Positions 17,445-28,569 of a stretch of 64,000 nt of DNA are shown one piece after another. The stretch's first letter is position 1. Every line of letters begins with the position of its first letter. The notes below the pieces were generated by a model. The model saw only the letters and a list, made by a program, of their open reading frames with translations, was not told where the DNA came from and did not search any database. The DNA lies in NCBI GenBank assembly GCA_026388185.1, contig JAPLKG010000003.1, forward strand, positions 22,871-86,870. The letters run 5' to 3'. This DNA comes from Candidatus Eiseniibacteriota bacterium. Lineage in GTDB: Bacteria; Eisenbacteria; RBG-16-71-46; JAFGJU01. A program made the position numbers and the translations under genes.

Positions 17445-18497
17445 ATGAGAAAGAGAGTAATCATCCTCGTGATCATCGCCATCGTCGCCGCGCTCGTCGC
17501 CAATCGCATGTGGCAGCAATCCAGAAGGCCGGCGAGCAAGAGCATCGCGGAACTTCAAGGCGAGAGAGGGACTCCCGTCTCCGTAGAACCCGTCCGTCGA
17601 GGCGAAATCTCTGAGTCCGTCCAGCTCACTGGAACGGTCGAGGGGATCGTGCAGTCTGATTTGGTGAGCAGGATCTCCGAACGCGTGGTGAGTGTGCGAG
17701 TCAGTGTGGGGCAGTACGTAAAGAACGGGCAGCTCCTCATCCAATTCGACACGACCAATCCGACGGCCCAATACCGGCAGGCGAAAGCCGCGTTCGAGGA
17801 TGCCGAGAAGGATTTCGCGAGGATGAAGGCGTTGCTAGAACAGGGCGCCATATCCGAGCAGGCGTTCGAGAAAACCCGGATGGGTCTCGAGGTCGCTAGA
17901 GCCAACTTCGAGGCAGCGAGCTCCGTCGTGGATATCACGGCACCGATCGACGGAGTCGTGACTTCCGTGAACGTTCGCGAAGGCGAAGTGGTTGCGGCCG
18001 GAAAGCTCATGTGCACTGTGGCTCAATTGAACAAGGTGAAGGTCGTGGTCACTGCCAGCGAGTCCGAGATTCTCGGGTTGACGAAGGGTGCCGAGGCCAC
18101 GATAAGCTCGTCGGAGGGACGGTCCGTCACCGGTTCCGTTTCCAGTATTTCCTCCTCGGCCGATCCGATTACGAGAACGTTCCGGGTCGAGATTACTGCC
18201 GGCAACGATTCTCGGACACTGAAGCCCGGCTCGTTTGCGACGGTGGTGGTCAGAACCGGACACAAGAAAGACGCCCTGCTCGTTCCTTCCGGCGCCGTTC
18301 TAGACCAGCAGGGAAAACGCGTGGTCTTTGTCGTGACCAAGAACAATACGGCTCAACTTCGACCCGTGACCGTTGGGATTGTGAATCAGGAGTCGATCGA
18401 GATACTGAGTGGTCTGACGCAAGACGAAGTGGTCGTCACCTCGGGCCACGAACGCTTGAAGGGTGGAGAGAAACTCAACGTACTCAAGACTCAATGA
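17445..18497 (+). CDS. RND efflux membrane fusion protein
   Basis: N-terminal TM, lipoyl halves (V.VG..V..GQLL; ITAPIDGVV), TRTF, L.PG. Confidence 0.92.
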   Translation: MRKRVIILVIIAIVAALVANRMWQQSRRPASKSIAELQGERGTPVSVEPVRRGEISESVQLTGTVEGIVQSDLVSRISERVVSVRVSVGQYVKNGQLLIQFDTTNPTAQYRQAKAAFEDAEKDFARMKALLEQGAISEQAFEKTRMGLEVARANFEAASSVVDITAPIDGVVTSVNVREGEVVAAGKLMCTVAQLNKVKVVVTASESEILGLTKGAEATISSSEGRSVTGSVSSISSSADPITRTFRVEITAGNDSRTLKPGSFATVVVRTGHKKDALLVPSGAVLDQQGKRVVFVVTKNNTAQLRPVTVGIVNQESIEILSGLTQDEVVVTSGHERLKGGEKLNVLKTQ

Positions 18498-18525
18498 CAT
18501 CCGAAGCTTTGGGGGATAACGACTC

Positions 18526-21500
18526 ATGTTTCTTGCAAATCTGTCCGTTAGAAAATCTGTTCTCGCTACGATACTGCTCCTGGCGTTGGTTGTCATAGGC
18601 ATCTTCTCGTATCTCAGGCTCACCATCGATCTCATGCCTCCCGTTGATTTTCCATACGTGACCGTGGTCACGGTTTATCCCGGCGCGGGCCCCGAAGAGA
18701 TCGAAAGCCTCGTCTCGAAGCCCATCGAGGACGCAATCAGTTCGATCTCCGGACTGAAGAACACTTGGTCCTATTCGCAGGAAGGCGTTTCGGTAGTACT
18801 GGCGGAGTTCACGCTCGAAACCAAAGTGGACTTTGCCGCCATGGACGTCAAAGAGAAGGTCGATGCCGTAAGGTCCAACCTTCCCGACGACGTGGAGACT
18901 CCCACGATCAGCAAGTTCGACTTCAGTTCCTCCCCGATTCTCAATCTCGCGGTCACAAGCCAGAGACCCATACAGGAGACCTACGAGATCGCAGACAAGA
19001 CGATCAAGCGAGAGCTTTCCAAGGTGAACGGCCTCGCGCAGATCGAGGTCGTGGGCGGGCGAAAGAGGGAGATCGCGGTCCTCGTAAGCAAGGACAAACT
19101 CAAGGGCTACGATCTTTCCATAACGGACGTCATCGCGGCAATCGCCGCCGAAAATCTGAACATTCCCGGCGGTCACATCACCGAAGAAAGCAGGGAGTAC
19201 GGCGTACGCGTGACCGGCGAATTCGAGAGCGTCGACGAAATCAGAAACGTGAGGATCCAGAGGACCGATGCGCCACCCGTTCGACTGTCGGAAGTGGCCA
19301 ACGTCCAGGACTCGTTCGCCGAAGTGAGGGAACTCGCGAGGTACAACAGGAACGAGACCGTGGGGATGACGCTGCGTAAAAGGTCCGACGCGAACACGGT
19401 CAAAGTCGCGAGCGGAGTGAAGAAGACTCTCGAGCGCCTCAAGCAGACGCTCCCTGCCGACGTGAAGATCGAAATCGCAAGGGACCGCTCGACGTTCATT
19501 AAGGACATGGTCGCCGACCTGAACAGCAACATGATCACCGGGATCATTCTCACGGCGCTGGTGCTGTTCCTCTTTCTCCATAGTTGGGAAGGAATAGTGA
19601 TAGCAGGCATAGCCATGCCGGTTTCGGTAGTGTCTACGTACACGTTTCTCTACTTCGCTGGATTCACCATCAACGTCATGTCTCTCATGGGGCTTGCACT
19701 CTGCGTGGGAATCCTGATCGCAAATTCGCTCGTGGTCATGGAGAACATCTATCGCTACCTGCACATGGGCAAGGGGCCGCGCGAGGCCGCCGAGGAAGGC
19801 ACCTCCGAAATCGCGCTCGCCGTGCTCGCCTCCACGCTCACGAACGTCGTGGTCTTCGTCCCCATTGCGTTCATGTCCGGCATCATCGGCCAGCTCTTCA
19901 GGCAGTTCGGCCTCACGACCACGTTCGCGACTTTTGTGTCGCTGCTCGTCTCCTTCACGGCGACGCCCATGCTCGCCTCCAAGCTCTTGTCGTCACGCTC
20001 CGTGGACAAGAAGATATCGTGGCATTCGTCGATCCCGATAATAGGGAAATTCCTGGAGCTCTTGGACACGTTCTTCGCGAAATGGGATGCCTTTTACGAA
20101 GGAGCCGCCGCTTCATATCGCCGGGGGCTCGACTGGACTCTCAATCACAGATGGCGAGTGATCGGGATTAGTCTGGGAGTTTTCGTCGTCAGTCTCGCGC
20201 TCGTCCCGTTCATTGGTACTGAATTCTTCCAGAACTCGGATCAGGGCATGTTGACTGTGTCGGTCGAGATGCCGGTCGGTTCGAATCTCTGGGAGACTCA
20301 GAAGGCCATAGAGAGTGTCGAGCAGGTCGTCTCGTCGGTTCCCGAGACGGAATCTTTCTTTTCTTCCGTGGGATCCACCGAGAGCGAGCTTGGAGCCGGC
20401 GGAAGCGGTGTGAATGTGGGCGACGTTCTCCTCGTGCTCGTGGACAAGAGAGAGCGCAAGAGATCCGACAAAGACATCGCCGCGGCGCTGAGGACGATGC
20501 TGGCCGAGATTCCCGGTGCCAAGCTGACCGTTTCGCCCGCCTCGACCATGGGCGGAGGCGGCGAGAAGGACATACAGATTGAAGTCACGGGAGACGAGAT
20601 GCCGGTTCTCATTTCCGTCGCGAACAAGGTCGTTGCCATAGCACAGGAAACGCCGGGAACGGTGGACGTGGACACCGACTGGAGAATAGGCAAACCGGAG
20701 ATGAAGCTTGTGCCGCTACGCGAGAAAAGCGCCGACTACGGCGTCTCCACCGCAGAATTGGCAAATCTGACAAGGGCCTTCATCACGGGTACGGTCGCAT
20801 CCCAATTCAGAGATAGGGACGAGGAATACGACATAAGGGTGAAGCTGGATGAATCCGACAGGGACAACATAGAGAAGCTCGGCAGCCTGCTCGTCAGAAC
20901 CGGCAACGGAACGGTGCCCGTGGCAGAGCTTGCCTCCATCACTCACGACGAGGGACCCACGCAGATTGTGCGCAAGAACAGGCAGCGCATGATAACCGTG
21001 AGCGCCAACATTGCGCGGGGCACTCTGGGTGGACTCGTGGGCCAGCTCAAGAAGAAGACCGACGCCCTCTCTCTGCCGCCGGGATACAGAATCTACTACG
21101 GGGGGATGGCCGAGATAATGGGTGAATCTTTCGCATCACTCTTCCAGGCACTGATCCTGGCAATAGTACTGACTTACATGCTTCTTGCGGCCATGCTTGA
21201 TTCGTACGTACATCCGTTCACCATCATGCTGACAGTTCCGCTCGGTGCGGTGGGCGTGCTCTTGGCACTTTTCTTCACCGGTAGGACCATCAGCATCTTC
21301 TCCCTGATGGCGCTCATCATGCTCGTGGGCATAGTGGTCAACAACGCCATCCTGCTGCTCGACTACACCAACACGCTGAGAAAGAAGGGATACAATTTGC
21401 GCGAGGCCATACTGGAGGCGTGTCCCACGCGTTTGAGGCCTATCGTAATGTCCAACTTGGCCGCCGCCATGGCCATGCTCCCACTCGCACTGGGACTCGG

Positions 21501-21636
21501 AGCCGGGGCTGAATTCCGCTCGCCCATGGCGATAGTCTCGATCGGAGGCCTGGTGGTTTCTACGGTGTTCACGCTTTTCTTGATCCCCACGGTCTACAGC
21601 CTGCTGGACAGGTTCGCCGAGGGTAAGGGAAGGTAG
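18526..21636 (+). CDS. RND efflux permease (AcrB/AcrD/AcrF family)
   Basis: 1036 aa, two large periplasmic loops, GIVVNNAILL, RLRPIVM. Confidence 0.95.
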   Translation: MFLANLSVRKSVLATILLLALVVIGIFSYLRLTIDLMPPVDFPYVTVVTVYPGAGPEEIESLVSKPIEDAISSISGLKNTWSYSQEGVSVVLAEFTLETKVDFAAMDVKEKVDAVRSNLPDDVETPTISKFDFSSSPILNLAVTSQRPIQETYEIADKTIKRELSKVNGLAQIEVVGGRKREIAVLVSKDKLKGYDLSITDVIAAIAAENLNIPGGHITEESREYGVRVTGEFESVDEIRNVRIQRTDAPPVRLSEVANVQDSFAEVRELARYNRNETVGMTLRKRSDANTVKVASGVKKTLERLKQTLPADVKIEIARDRSTFIKDMVADLNSNMITGIILTALVLFLFLHSWEGIVIAGIAMPVSVVSTYTFLYFAGFTINVMSLMGLALCVGILIANSLVVMENIYRYLHMGKGPREAAEEGTSEIALAVLASTLTNVVVFVPIAFMSGIIGQLFRQFGLTTTFATFVSLLVSFTATPMLASKLLSSRSVDKKISWHSSIPIIGKFLELLDTFFAKWDAFYEGAAASYRRGLDWTLNHRWRVIGISLGVFVVSLALVPFIGTEFFQNSDQGMLTVSVEMPVGSNLWETQKAIESVEQVVSSVPETESFFSSVGSTESELGAGGSGVNVGDVLLVLVDKRERKRSDKDIAAALRTMLAEIPGAKLTVSPASTMGGGGEKDIQIEVTGDEMPVLISVANKVVAIAQETPGTVDVDTDWRIGKPEMKLVPLREKSADYGVSTAELANLTRAFITGTVASQFRDRDEEYDIRVKLDESDRDNIEKLGSLLVRTGNGTVPVAELASITHDEGPTQIVRKNRQRMITVSANIARGTLGGLVGQLKKKTDALSLPPGYRIYYGGMAEIMGESFASLFQALILAIVLTYMLLAAMLDSYVHPFTIMLTVPLGAVGVLLALFFTGRTISIFSLMALIMLVGIVVNNAILLLDYTNTLRKKGYNLREAILEACPTRLRPIVMSNLAAAMAMLPLALGLGAGAEFRSPMAIVSIGGLVVSTVFTLFLIPTVYSLLDRFAEGKGR

Positions 21637-21661
21637 GAGGACGTGGCCGATCGCGCGGTCG

Positions 21662-22930
21662 CTAGAACACAAACCCGTCGGGTATGACTCCACCCTTGAC
21701 CACGACGATTATCCCATCACGGACATAGAACTGCTCGTTTGGGTCGTCGTAATGCGCCACACCTTCGCGGTTCACGAGTTGCACGCCGCGGCCGATGGAC
21801 GAGTTCTTGTCGACGATCGAGCGCCTGATGTAGGTGCCTTCGCCCACGCCGAGCAAGGGGCGGCGCACGCTTCGTCTTTCGTAGAAGTCCGATCCCATTA
21901 TGAGTGAGCTCTCGATTATCGACCCGGGCCGAACGCGCGAGCGCACGCCGAGGATGGAGTCGCGCACCGTTGCCCCTTCGATTATCACGCCTTCGCAGAG
22001 CACCGCGCACTGGACCGACGCGCGATTCAGTTTCGCGCCAGGCAGGGACCGCGCGTGCGTGTAAATGGGCATTTCGGGATCGAAGAGATTGAACTTCGGA
22101 AGCGGCATCACAAGATCCATGTTGGCTTCGTAGAAGGAGCGCACCGTGCCGATGTCCGCCCAGTAGCCTTCAAAGGGGAAGGCGTGCACGTCGATGTCAC
22201 GGATGGCGTCGGGGATGACGTGCCGGCCGAAATCCGTTTGCTCCGGATCGAGCTCCAGTCGCTCCTTGAGGACGTTGGTGTTGAACAGGTAGATGCCCAT
22301 ACTTCCAAGGTAGGGACGCTGCTTGGCCTCTTCCTCGGTCAATCCGCAGCAAGTAGTGTCGACCATCATGTCGTCCAACTGAGCGTCGTCCTGCGTCTTC
22401 TCGGCGAACTTGATGATGCGGCCGTTTTCGCCGGTCTTGACAATCCCGAGGTAGGACGCGTCGGCGCGCGACACCGGATGCACCGCGATAGAGGCCGCTG
22501 CGCCGGAGGCCACGTGTGCTTCCTTGAACTTGCGGTAATCCATGCGGTAGAGGTGGTCGCCGGAGAGAATCAACACGTAACTAGTATGCTGGCGGCTGAT
22601 GTGGAACCACGCCTGGCGCACCGCATCGGCAGTGCCGCGGAACCAGGTACCCCCCCTGGCAGTCTGCTCGGCTGCAAGGATGCCGACGAACCCGCTAGAG
22701 AATTGATCGAACTGATAGGTCTTTGCGATGTGTGCGTTGAGGCTCGCCGACTGGTACATCGTGAGCACGTAGATTCGGCGAATGTCGGAATTGATGCAGT
22801 TGGAGACCGGGATGTCAATGAGCCGGTACTTGCCGGCGATCGAGACGGCCGGTTTGGACCGATCCTTGGTGAGAGGAAAAAGACGCCTGCCTTCCCCACC
22901 ACCGAGGATCACAGCCATGCTTTCGTCCAT
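21662..22930 (-). CDS. glgC: Glucose-1-phosphate adenylyltransferase
   Basis: ILGGGEGRRLFPLTKDRSKPAV, WFRGTADAV, SGDHLYRMDY, FAEK, YWADIGT. Confidence 0.95.
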   Translation of the reverse strand: MDESMAVILGGGEGRRLFPLTKDRSKPAVSIAGKYRLIDIPVSNCINSDIRRIYVLTMYQSASLNAHIAKTYQFDQFSSGFVGILAAEQTARGGTWFRGTADAVRQAWFHISRQHTSYVLILSGDHLYRMDYRKFKEAHVASGAAASIAVHPVSRADASYLGIVKTGENGRIIKFAEKTQDDAQLDDMMVDTTCCGLTEEEAKQRPYLGSMGIYLFNTNVLKERLELDPEQTDFGRHVIPDAIRDIDVHAFPFEGYWADIGTVRSFYEANMDLVMPLPKFNLFDPEMPIYTHARSLPGAKLNRASVQCAVLCEGVIIEGATVRDSILGVRSRVRPGSIIESSLIMGSDFYERRSVRRPLLGVGEGTYIRRSIVDKNSSIGRGVQLVNREGVAHYDDPNEQFYVRDGIIVVVKGGVIPDGFVF

Positions 22931-23033
22931 GAGTTCACTCCCTTGAGACCTCGCTTGTGTCGAGGATTAGTATTATACCCCTCCGCTGCAGACTTGAAAG
23001 CGTTTTCTTGGCTTCCTTTTCATCACAATTCAG

Positions 23034-23113
23034 ACACGATTTGGCAGGGGCGCGCAGTGCCGAGCACGCTTTCGCAGGGCGCGGTCTGACAAGCTACACG
23101 ATTTGGCAGGGGC
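23034..23113. repeat. 18-bp direct repeat x2 with a degenerate middle copy
   Basis: ACACGATTTGGCAGGGGC at 23034 and 23096; GCACGCTTTCGCAGGGC at 23064. Confidence 0.8.
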
Positions 23114-23378
23114 AAGTCTGGCAGAGCGCGCGGTGGCGGGTTAGTTAATCATATTATTTCCCACGTGTTGGGGCGTCAAGAAAGAACGCCATTGGGAGGC
23201 GCGATCTACAGGAATCTGAGGTAATTGTCTCACGCACAACGGGCAAAATGCCGATATTGATAATGCAAGCTCCGGGTGCTCCACCAACAGAGTGGTTCTG
23301 CAACTTCACCCACACTAATCGAATACGAACAGCCAAGATTGACCAAAGTGTAAGTATCAGAGTGTTGAGGTATCGAAG

Positions 23379-25502
23379 ATGAAACACATTGTTGCGATTC
23401 TCGTGACTCTAGGTATCCTGCTCTTGGGAATCGGCGTCAGCGCGCACGATCAAGAACTGACTGCCGTGACCAGAGCGCAAGCCGAAGAAGGCGCCTTCCC
23501 CGCGCAAAACACGAGTGACCTCACTCGGGGACAAACCCGAGCGGAGCCGAGCGCCGAGGATCTCGTGTTCATGGAGATTCCCGTCGTCTTCGCAGCGTCA
23601 AAGTTCGAGCAGCCGAGCACCGAGGCACCCGCGACCGTCTCCATCATCACCGCGGACGACATCCAGCGCTACGGTTACCGGACGCTCGACGAAGCACTCC
23701 AAGGAGTCACAGGTCTCTACGTGACGTATGACGACAATTACAGGTACCTCGGCGTGCGAGGCTATAGCATTCCGGGCGACTACAATTCGAGAGTACTCCT
23801 CCTGGTGGACGGCATGGCATCCAACGACGACATATACGGAAGTGCAACCTTCGGCACCGTTTTCGGCGTCGACATGGACCAGGTGAAGCAAATCGAGATT
23901 ATCAAGGGTCCGGGCTCGGCGTTGTACGGAACCAACGCCCTGTTCGCCGTCATCAACGTTGTGACCAAGGACGCGAAAGACTCGGACGGCCTCAGGGTCT
24001 CCGCAGAATATGGAAGCTACGATTCTCGAAAGGGCCTCATGAGCTACGGAAAGAGACACGGCGATCTCGACTTTGTCGTCGCGGGTTCATACGCGAACGC
24101 GGAGGGACAGGACCGCTATTTCCCAGAGTACGACGGTTACGTGGACGAGGCAGGAATAGTCTACGACGGAACGTTCAGGAATGGTGACTGGGACAGGTCC
24201 CCGAGCATCTGGGGCAAATTGTCCTACAAGCAATTCGCCCTCCGTGGCTGGCACAAAACGCGCGACAAGGGAATCCCCACTGCAGCTTATTGGACCGTTT
24301 TCAATGACAACAGAACAAACAACACCGACGAGAGCGAATTCCTGGAACTGAGGTACGCGCCGACACTGGATGAGACGAAAGACCTGTTGGCAAGAGTGTA
24401 CTACAATCGCTATCGCTACTACGGCGACTGGATGCTGTTGTACGAAGGAGAATCGGACTACTACGAAGAAATGGGCAAGGACGTGGCCAAAGGAGACTGG
24501 ATTGGTTCGGAGCTCCAGCTCAACTGGAAGACTTCTGCCCGTAACCGGCTGACTGCGGGCGGAGAGGCCCAATATCACAGTGTCGCTCAGAAGTACTGGG
24601 ACGAAGGCCTTCTCGGCAGCGAGTATCGACACCAGTACTTGGACTACAACCAGCAGTTCGATGTCTGGTCCCTCTATGCCCAGGACATCTACAAACTCTC
24701 GAGTCTGTCTTTTGTTCTCGGTGCCAGGTATGACAACTATCCGACTTTTGGTGGAACCACCAATCCGAGAGTAGGCTGCATATATACTCCCTTTGACAAG
24801 ACCAACATCAAGCTACTCTACGGAACGGCCTTCCGCGCTCCCTCGCCCTACGAGCTTTACTATCACGACGGCTACTATCTTATGGAACCCAATGAGAGTC
24901 TCACTCCCGAGAGACTGAAGACTACAGAGCTCGTGCTCGAGCAAGGAATCGCGCGAAATGTGAAAGCCCTGTTCTCCTTGTATCACACGGACCTTACCAA
25001 CTTGATCTATCAGGTAGTAACTGCAGACACGGGCATTGAAGGAGATCCGTTGCTACAGTTCCGGAACGTCGGATGCGTCCAGGCCTCTGGTCTTGAGTTC
25101 ACCCTGGACGGAACATTCTCGGGAGTTCTTACCCGGTTTGGCTACAGTTATCAGGAAACACGGGACCAGCACGGGAAAGAACAACTCGTCAATTCGCCCA
25201 ACAGTTCAGGTAATTTCAGCATCAGCGTTCCCATTCTCTCCGGGAACGAGTACGTGAGTGCCGAAGTGCGCTACGTGGGAAAGCGGTTCACCACCAGCCG
25301 TGAAGAGTTGGATCCCTACGTCTCCACCAATCTCATTCTGTTCATGAAGGACTTGCTGCCGCACATCGAGATTACGGCAAAGGTGAATAACGTATTCGAC
25401 GTTTCTTATGAAGATCCATGCAGCACAGAGTATTTCCAGACCAGAATTCCGCAAGATGGAAGAAGTTTCTTCTTGAAATTGACGTACAGGAGCCAACGGT
25501 GA
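23379..25502 (+). CDS. TonB-dependent receptor
   Basis: Signal peptide, plug motifs APATVSIITADDI, VRG, RVLLLVDG, IEIIKGPGSALYG; beta-barrel C-terminus. Confidence 0.92.
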   Translation: MKHIVAILVTLGILLLGIGVSAHDQELTAVTRAQAEEGAFPAQNTSDLTRGQTRAEPSAEDLVFMEIPVVFAASKFEQPSTEAPATVSIITADDIQRYGYRTLDEALQGVTGLYVTYDDNYRYLGVRGYSIPGDYNSRVLLLVDGMASNDDIYGSATFGTVFGVDMDQVKQIEIIKGPGSALYGTNALFAVINVVTKDAKDSDGLRVSAEYGSYDSRKGLMSYGKRHGDLDFVVAGSYANAEGQDRYFPEYDGYVDEAGIVYDGTFRNGDWDRSPSIWGKLSYKQFALRGWHKTRDKGIPTAAYWTVFNDNRTNNTDESEFLELRYAPTLDETKDLLARVYYNRYRYYGDWMLLYEGESDYYEEMGKDVAKGDWIGSELQLNWKTSARNRLTAGGEAQYHSVAQKYWDEGLLGSEYRHQYLDYNQQFDVWSLYAQDIYKLSSLSFVLGARYDNYPTFGGTTNPRVGCIYTPFDKTNIKLLYGTAFRAPSPYELYYHDGYYLMEPNESLTPERLKTTELVLEQGIARNVKALFSLYHTDLTNLIYQVVTADTGIEGDPLLQFRNVGCVQASGLEFTLDGTFSGVLTRFGYSYQETRDQHGKEQLVNSPNSSGNFSISVPILSGNEYVSAEVRYVGKRFTTSREELDPYVSTNLILFMKDLLPHIEITAKVNNVFDVSYEDPCSTEYFQTRIPQDGRSFFLKLTYRSQR

Positions 25503-26431
25503 GAGCTGCGGTACTCATAACGCTCTGTCTGGCTTTGAGTGTCTTTGGTTGTTGCCTGGCAGAGCAATGCCACGCGGCAGGCCGACTCGCGGTCTCGGTC
25601 ATTTTTTCTTCCGACATCGAGGCCTACACGCAGGCGTGGAACGGATTCCGAAGCTATTTCGACGAACAAGAGGTGTCGTTGGCCGTGTCCACGTACAACT
25701 TGAAGGATCAAGAACCTGCAATGGTCTGTTCAGAGATAGAGGCGAGAGGATCCGACGTGGTTTTCACGCTGGGAACGCAGGCGTCAAGACTGGCGCGAGA
25801 AAGAATAAAGAACATCCCCGTCATATTCTGCATGGTGTTCAATCCAGGCGAGTTCGCCGGCACAAACAGCACCGGCGTCTCGATGGAGATCCCCATCGAG
25901 GCAAGATTGCAGGGGATCAAGAAAATACTCCCTCACGCCAAGAATGTGGCAGCCGTCTATTCGACAGAGACGGCAGAGGCATACAGGCAGGTCTTCTCGA
26001 AGGGCAGCCAATTGGGTCTGACCATAATCGGAAAGCAGATTGATTCTGAGAGACAGCTTCCCGACGCCATTAGAGAACTGGACTACAGGATGGATTGTTT
26101 TCTGATGCTCGCCGATTCTCAACTATATTCCCCCGCATCGGTAAAGCATCTGCTGCTCGAGAGTCTGAGACAGGGATTCCCCGTAGTAGGACTCTCGTCT
26201 CATTACACCCAGGCAGGAGCACTCTTTTCGTTCGATTGCGACTACGGCGACCTCGGTCGCCAGGCAGCAGAAATCGCGTCGAGGATCACGAACGGCGAAA
26301 CGCCGGGAGCGATTCCTCCCCTGGCACCGAGAAAGATCAGGCTTTCAATAAACATGCTCGCCGCCGACAGGTTGGGAATCGAGATTTCCTCTGAGACGGC
26401 GAAACGGGCGAGTGAGGTGTTCGGTAGATGA
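25499..26431 (+). CDS. Periplasmic ABC substrate-binding-like sensor partner
   Basis: Signal peptide; IPVIFCMV, STGVSM, GALF...DY..LG.QAA; GTG overlaps the receptor stop. Confidence 0.8.
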   Translation: MRAAVLITLCLALSVFGCCLAEQCHAAGRLAVSVIFSSDIEAYTQAWNGFRSYFDEQEVSLAVSTYNLKDQEPAMVCSEIEARGSDVVFTLGTQASRLARERIKNIPVIFCMVFNPGEFAGTNSTGVSMEIPIEARLQGIKKILPHAKNVAAVYSTETAEAYRQVFSKGSQLGLTIIGKQIDSERQLPDAIRELDYRMDCFLMLADSQLYSPASVKHLLLESLRQGFPVVGLSSHYTQAGALFSFDCDYGDLGRQAAEIASRITNGETPGAIPPLAPRKIRLSINMLAADRLGIEISSETAKRASEVFGR

Positions 26432-28407
26432 GACTGAGCATCAACAAGAAGGTCGAGCTGCTCTCCGTGAGCATCATTCTGTTTCTCGCCGTCGCACTGT
26501 CCTTCCACTTCATCAGGCAGGGATCAAGTGCTGTGAGCTCCGAGCTCAACGAACGTGCGGCAGTTATCCTCAGGGGCCTGACCATCAACTGCGAATATCC
26601 GATTCTCGTTGGAGATCGGGAGTCGATTCATAGGTTGGTGAGGATCGCTCTTGCCGAGAAGGACGTCGTTTTCTGCAGAATCGACGGCCCAGACGGTAAA
26701 CCGATCATCGAGGCAGGGTCAAGAACGCTCGGACCGACGAGAGAGTTCGTGGCCCCGGTGGTCACGGAGAAGACAGGAGAACAAGAGCAAGAGGGAGTAG
26801 TCCTGGGGGTCCCCACCGGCATCAAGGAGGAAATCGCAAAGATACATCTGGGAATTTCTCTTTCCGGGTTGAACAAGAAAGTGGCCGACATGAAAAGGGC
26901 GGCCGCCTTGTTCGCCGTTCTTGCAATTCTCGTCGTCTCCCTCGCCAACACCTTTCTGCTCAAGTTTCTTCTCATCGGTCCCATCACAGCGTTGGTAAGG
27001 GGCACCGCCAGGATTGCGGGAGGAGATCTCAACCACAGAGTGCAGGTCAAGAGTAACGACGAAATAGGCGCCCTCGCCTTGTCTTTCAACAAAATGGTGG
27101 AGGATCTCTCCAAAACGCTCGTGTCCAGGAACTACATGAACAATATCATCAAGTCGATGACCGACACCCTGCTCGTCACTGACCCGGAAGGCAGAATAAG
27201 GACCGTCAATCGTGCCACTCTCAACCTGTTGGGATACTCCGAGGACGAGCTGATCGGAAAGCCAATTTGTGTGCTCTTCAGAGAAGACCCGCTCGACAGT
27301 GAACAAATCACTGCTATCAAGAGCGGGATGGGCATGGGCAATGTCGAGAAGACCTACGTGTCCAAGGACGGGAGAAAGATCCCGATGCTCTTCACCAGTT
27401 CAGTGATGCGCAACGAGAACGGAGAAATAGAGGGAAACGTGTGCGTGGCGCAGAACATCACGGAACGGAGGAAGGCCGAGGAGGCTCTGTTACGACAGGC
27501 AGAAGCGCTCACGCACTCCAACACTCAGTTGGAGGCGGCGAATGCGGAGCTGATGCTACTGGACCTCGCGAAATCGGAGTTCGTGTCCAACGTGTCGCAC
27601 GAACTGAGGACCCCCTTGACGGCGGTCAAGGCATACGCTGAGACCCTCCTGCAGTACGGTTCCATTTCTGAGGAAAAGCGCAACTCCTTCGTTGGAATCA
27701 TTCTGAAACAGGCCGAGAGGCTGGCCGTCCTGGTCGATGATCTGCTGGATCTCTCGAAGATTGAGGCAGGTGAAATCAAGCTCAATCTCACGCTCTTGGA
27801 TGTCGAGACGGCAATAGAAGACGCATTGCAGAGCGTCAGGCCGGCTGCCCAGAAGAAGGACATCGAGATCCAGGTGTCGTTGTCTGAAGAAGGATCTCTA
27901 TCAGGAACGGAGACCTCACCGACGGTCGGCAATCAAGTGCTTGCCGACGAAAACAGGTTTGACCAGGTGCTCGTCAACCTGCTCAACAATGCGGTCAAGT
28001 TCACGGAGCCTGGAGGACGCGTCTGGATCGGTTCGAGGGTCGTGCAAGATCGCACGGGAGGTCCTGCGATCGGGCCTGGCGCACATGCGCCCGGCGGGCC
28101 TCGCTATCTCCGCATCACAGTCGCGGACAACGGCATTGGCATCCCGGCGGAGGAACTGGGAAGCATCTTCGACAAGTTCAAGCAAGTGGAGGAGAAGACC
28201 AGGGGCAAGCCGACGGGAACCGGCCTGGGTCTGTCCATCAGCAAGCACCTTGTGGAGAGAATGGGCGGGCACCTCTGGGTGGAAAGCAAAATGGGAGAGG
28301 GAAGCAGTTTCCACTTCACTGTCCCTCTCGCTCAGAGCGATAGCCTCGTGACTGCGGAAGAGGTGACGGCGGGAGCGGGTGCGCAATCGCGATCAGAATC
28401 TGTTTGA
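26428..28407 (+). CDS. HAMP-PAS sensor histidine kinase
   Basis: 2 TM, HAMP (DEIGALA.SFN.M), PAS, SHELRTPL, NAVKF, GTGLGL. Confidence 0.92.
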   Translation: MRLSINKKVELLSVSIILFLAVALSFHFIRQGSSAVSSELNERAAVILRGLTINCEYPILVGDRESIHRLVRIALAEKDVVFCRIDGPDGKPIIEAGSRTLGPTREFVAPVVTEKTGEQEQEGVVLGVPTGIKEEIAKIHLGISLSGLNKKVADMKRAAALFAVLAILVVSLANTFLLKFLLIGPITALVRGTARIAGGDLNHRVQVKSNDEIGALALSFNKMVEDLSKTLVSRNYMNNIIKSMTDTLLVTDPEGRIRTVNRATLNLLGYSEDELIGKPICVLFREDPLDSEQITAIKSGMGMGNVEKTYVSKDGRKIPMLFTSSVMRNENGEIEGNVCVAQNITERRKAEEALLRQAEALTHSNTQLEAANAELMLLDLAKSEFVSNVSHELRTPLTAVKAYAETLLQYGSISEEKRNSFVGIILKQAERLAVLVDDLLDLSKIEAGEIKLNLTLLDVETAIEDALQSVRPAAQKKDIEIQVSLSEEGSLSGTETSPTVGNQVLADENRFDQVLVNLLNNAVKFTEPGGRVWIGSRVVQDRTGGPAIGPGAHAPGGPRYLRITVADNGIGIPAEELGSIFDKFKQVEEKTRGKPTGTGLGLSISKHLVERMGGHLWVESKMGEGSSFHFTVPLAQSDSLVTAEEVTAGAGAQSRSESV

Positions 28408-28569
28408 AAGGCGGATCAGATGTAGTTAGAATCTGTTCATGCGCGTGACCTTGACCATACGATTCGACACCCACTGCCTGGTACCCCCACCTCCATTCCT
28501 GCGTCCATCGATGCTCATGTCCATGGCTCTCCCGCTTCCACTCCGTCTCGATCACACCCTCGGTGCCCC

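Noticed and set aside
23034..23113. Mini CRISPR array
   Set aside because: Repeat only 18 bp, 2-3 copies, no cas genes; no CRISPR array seen in the window
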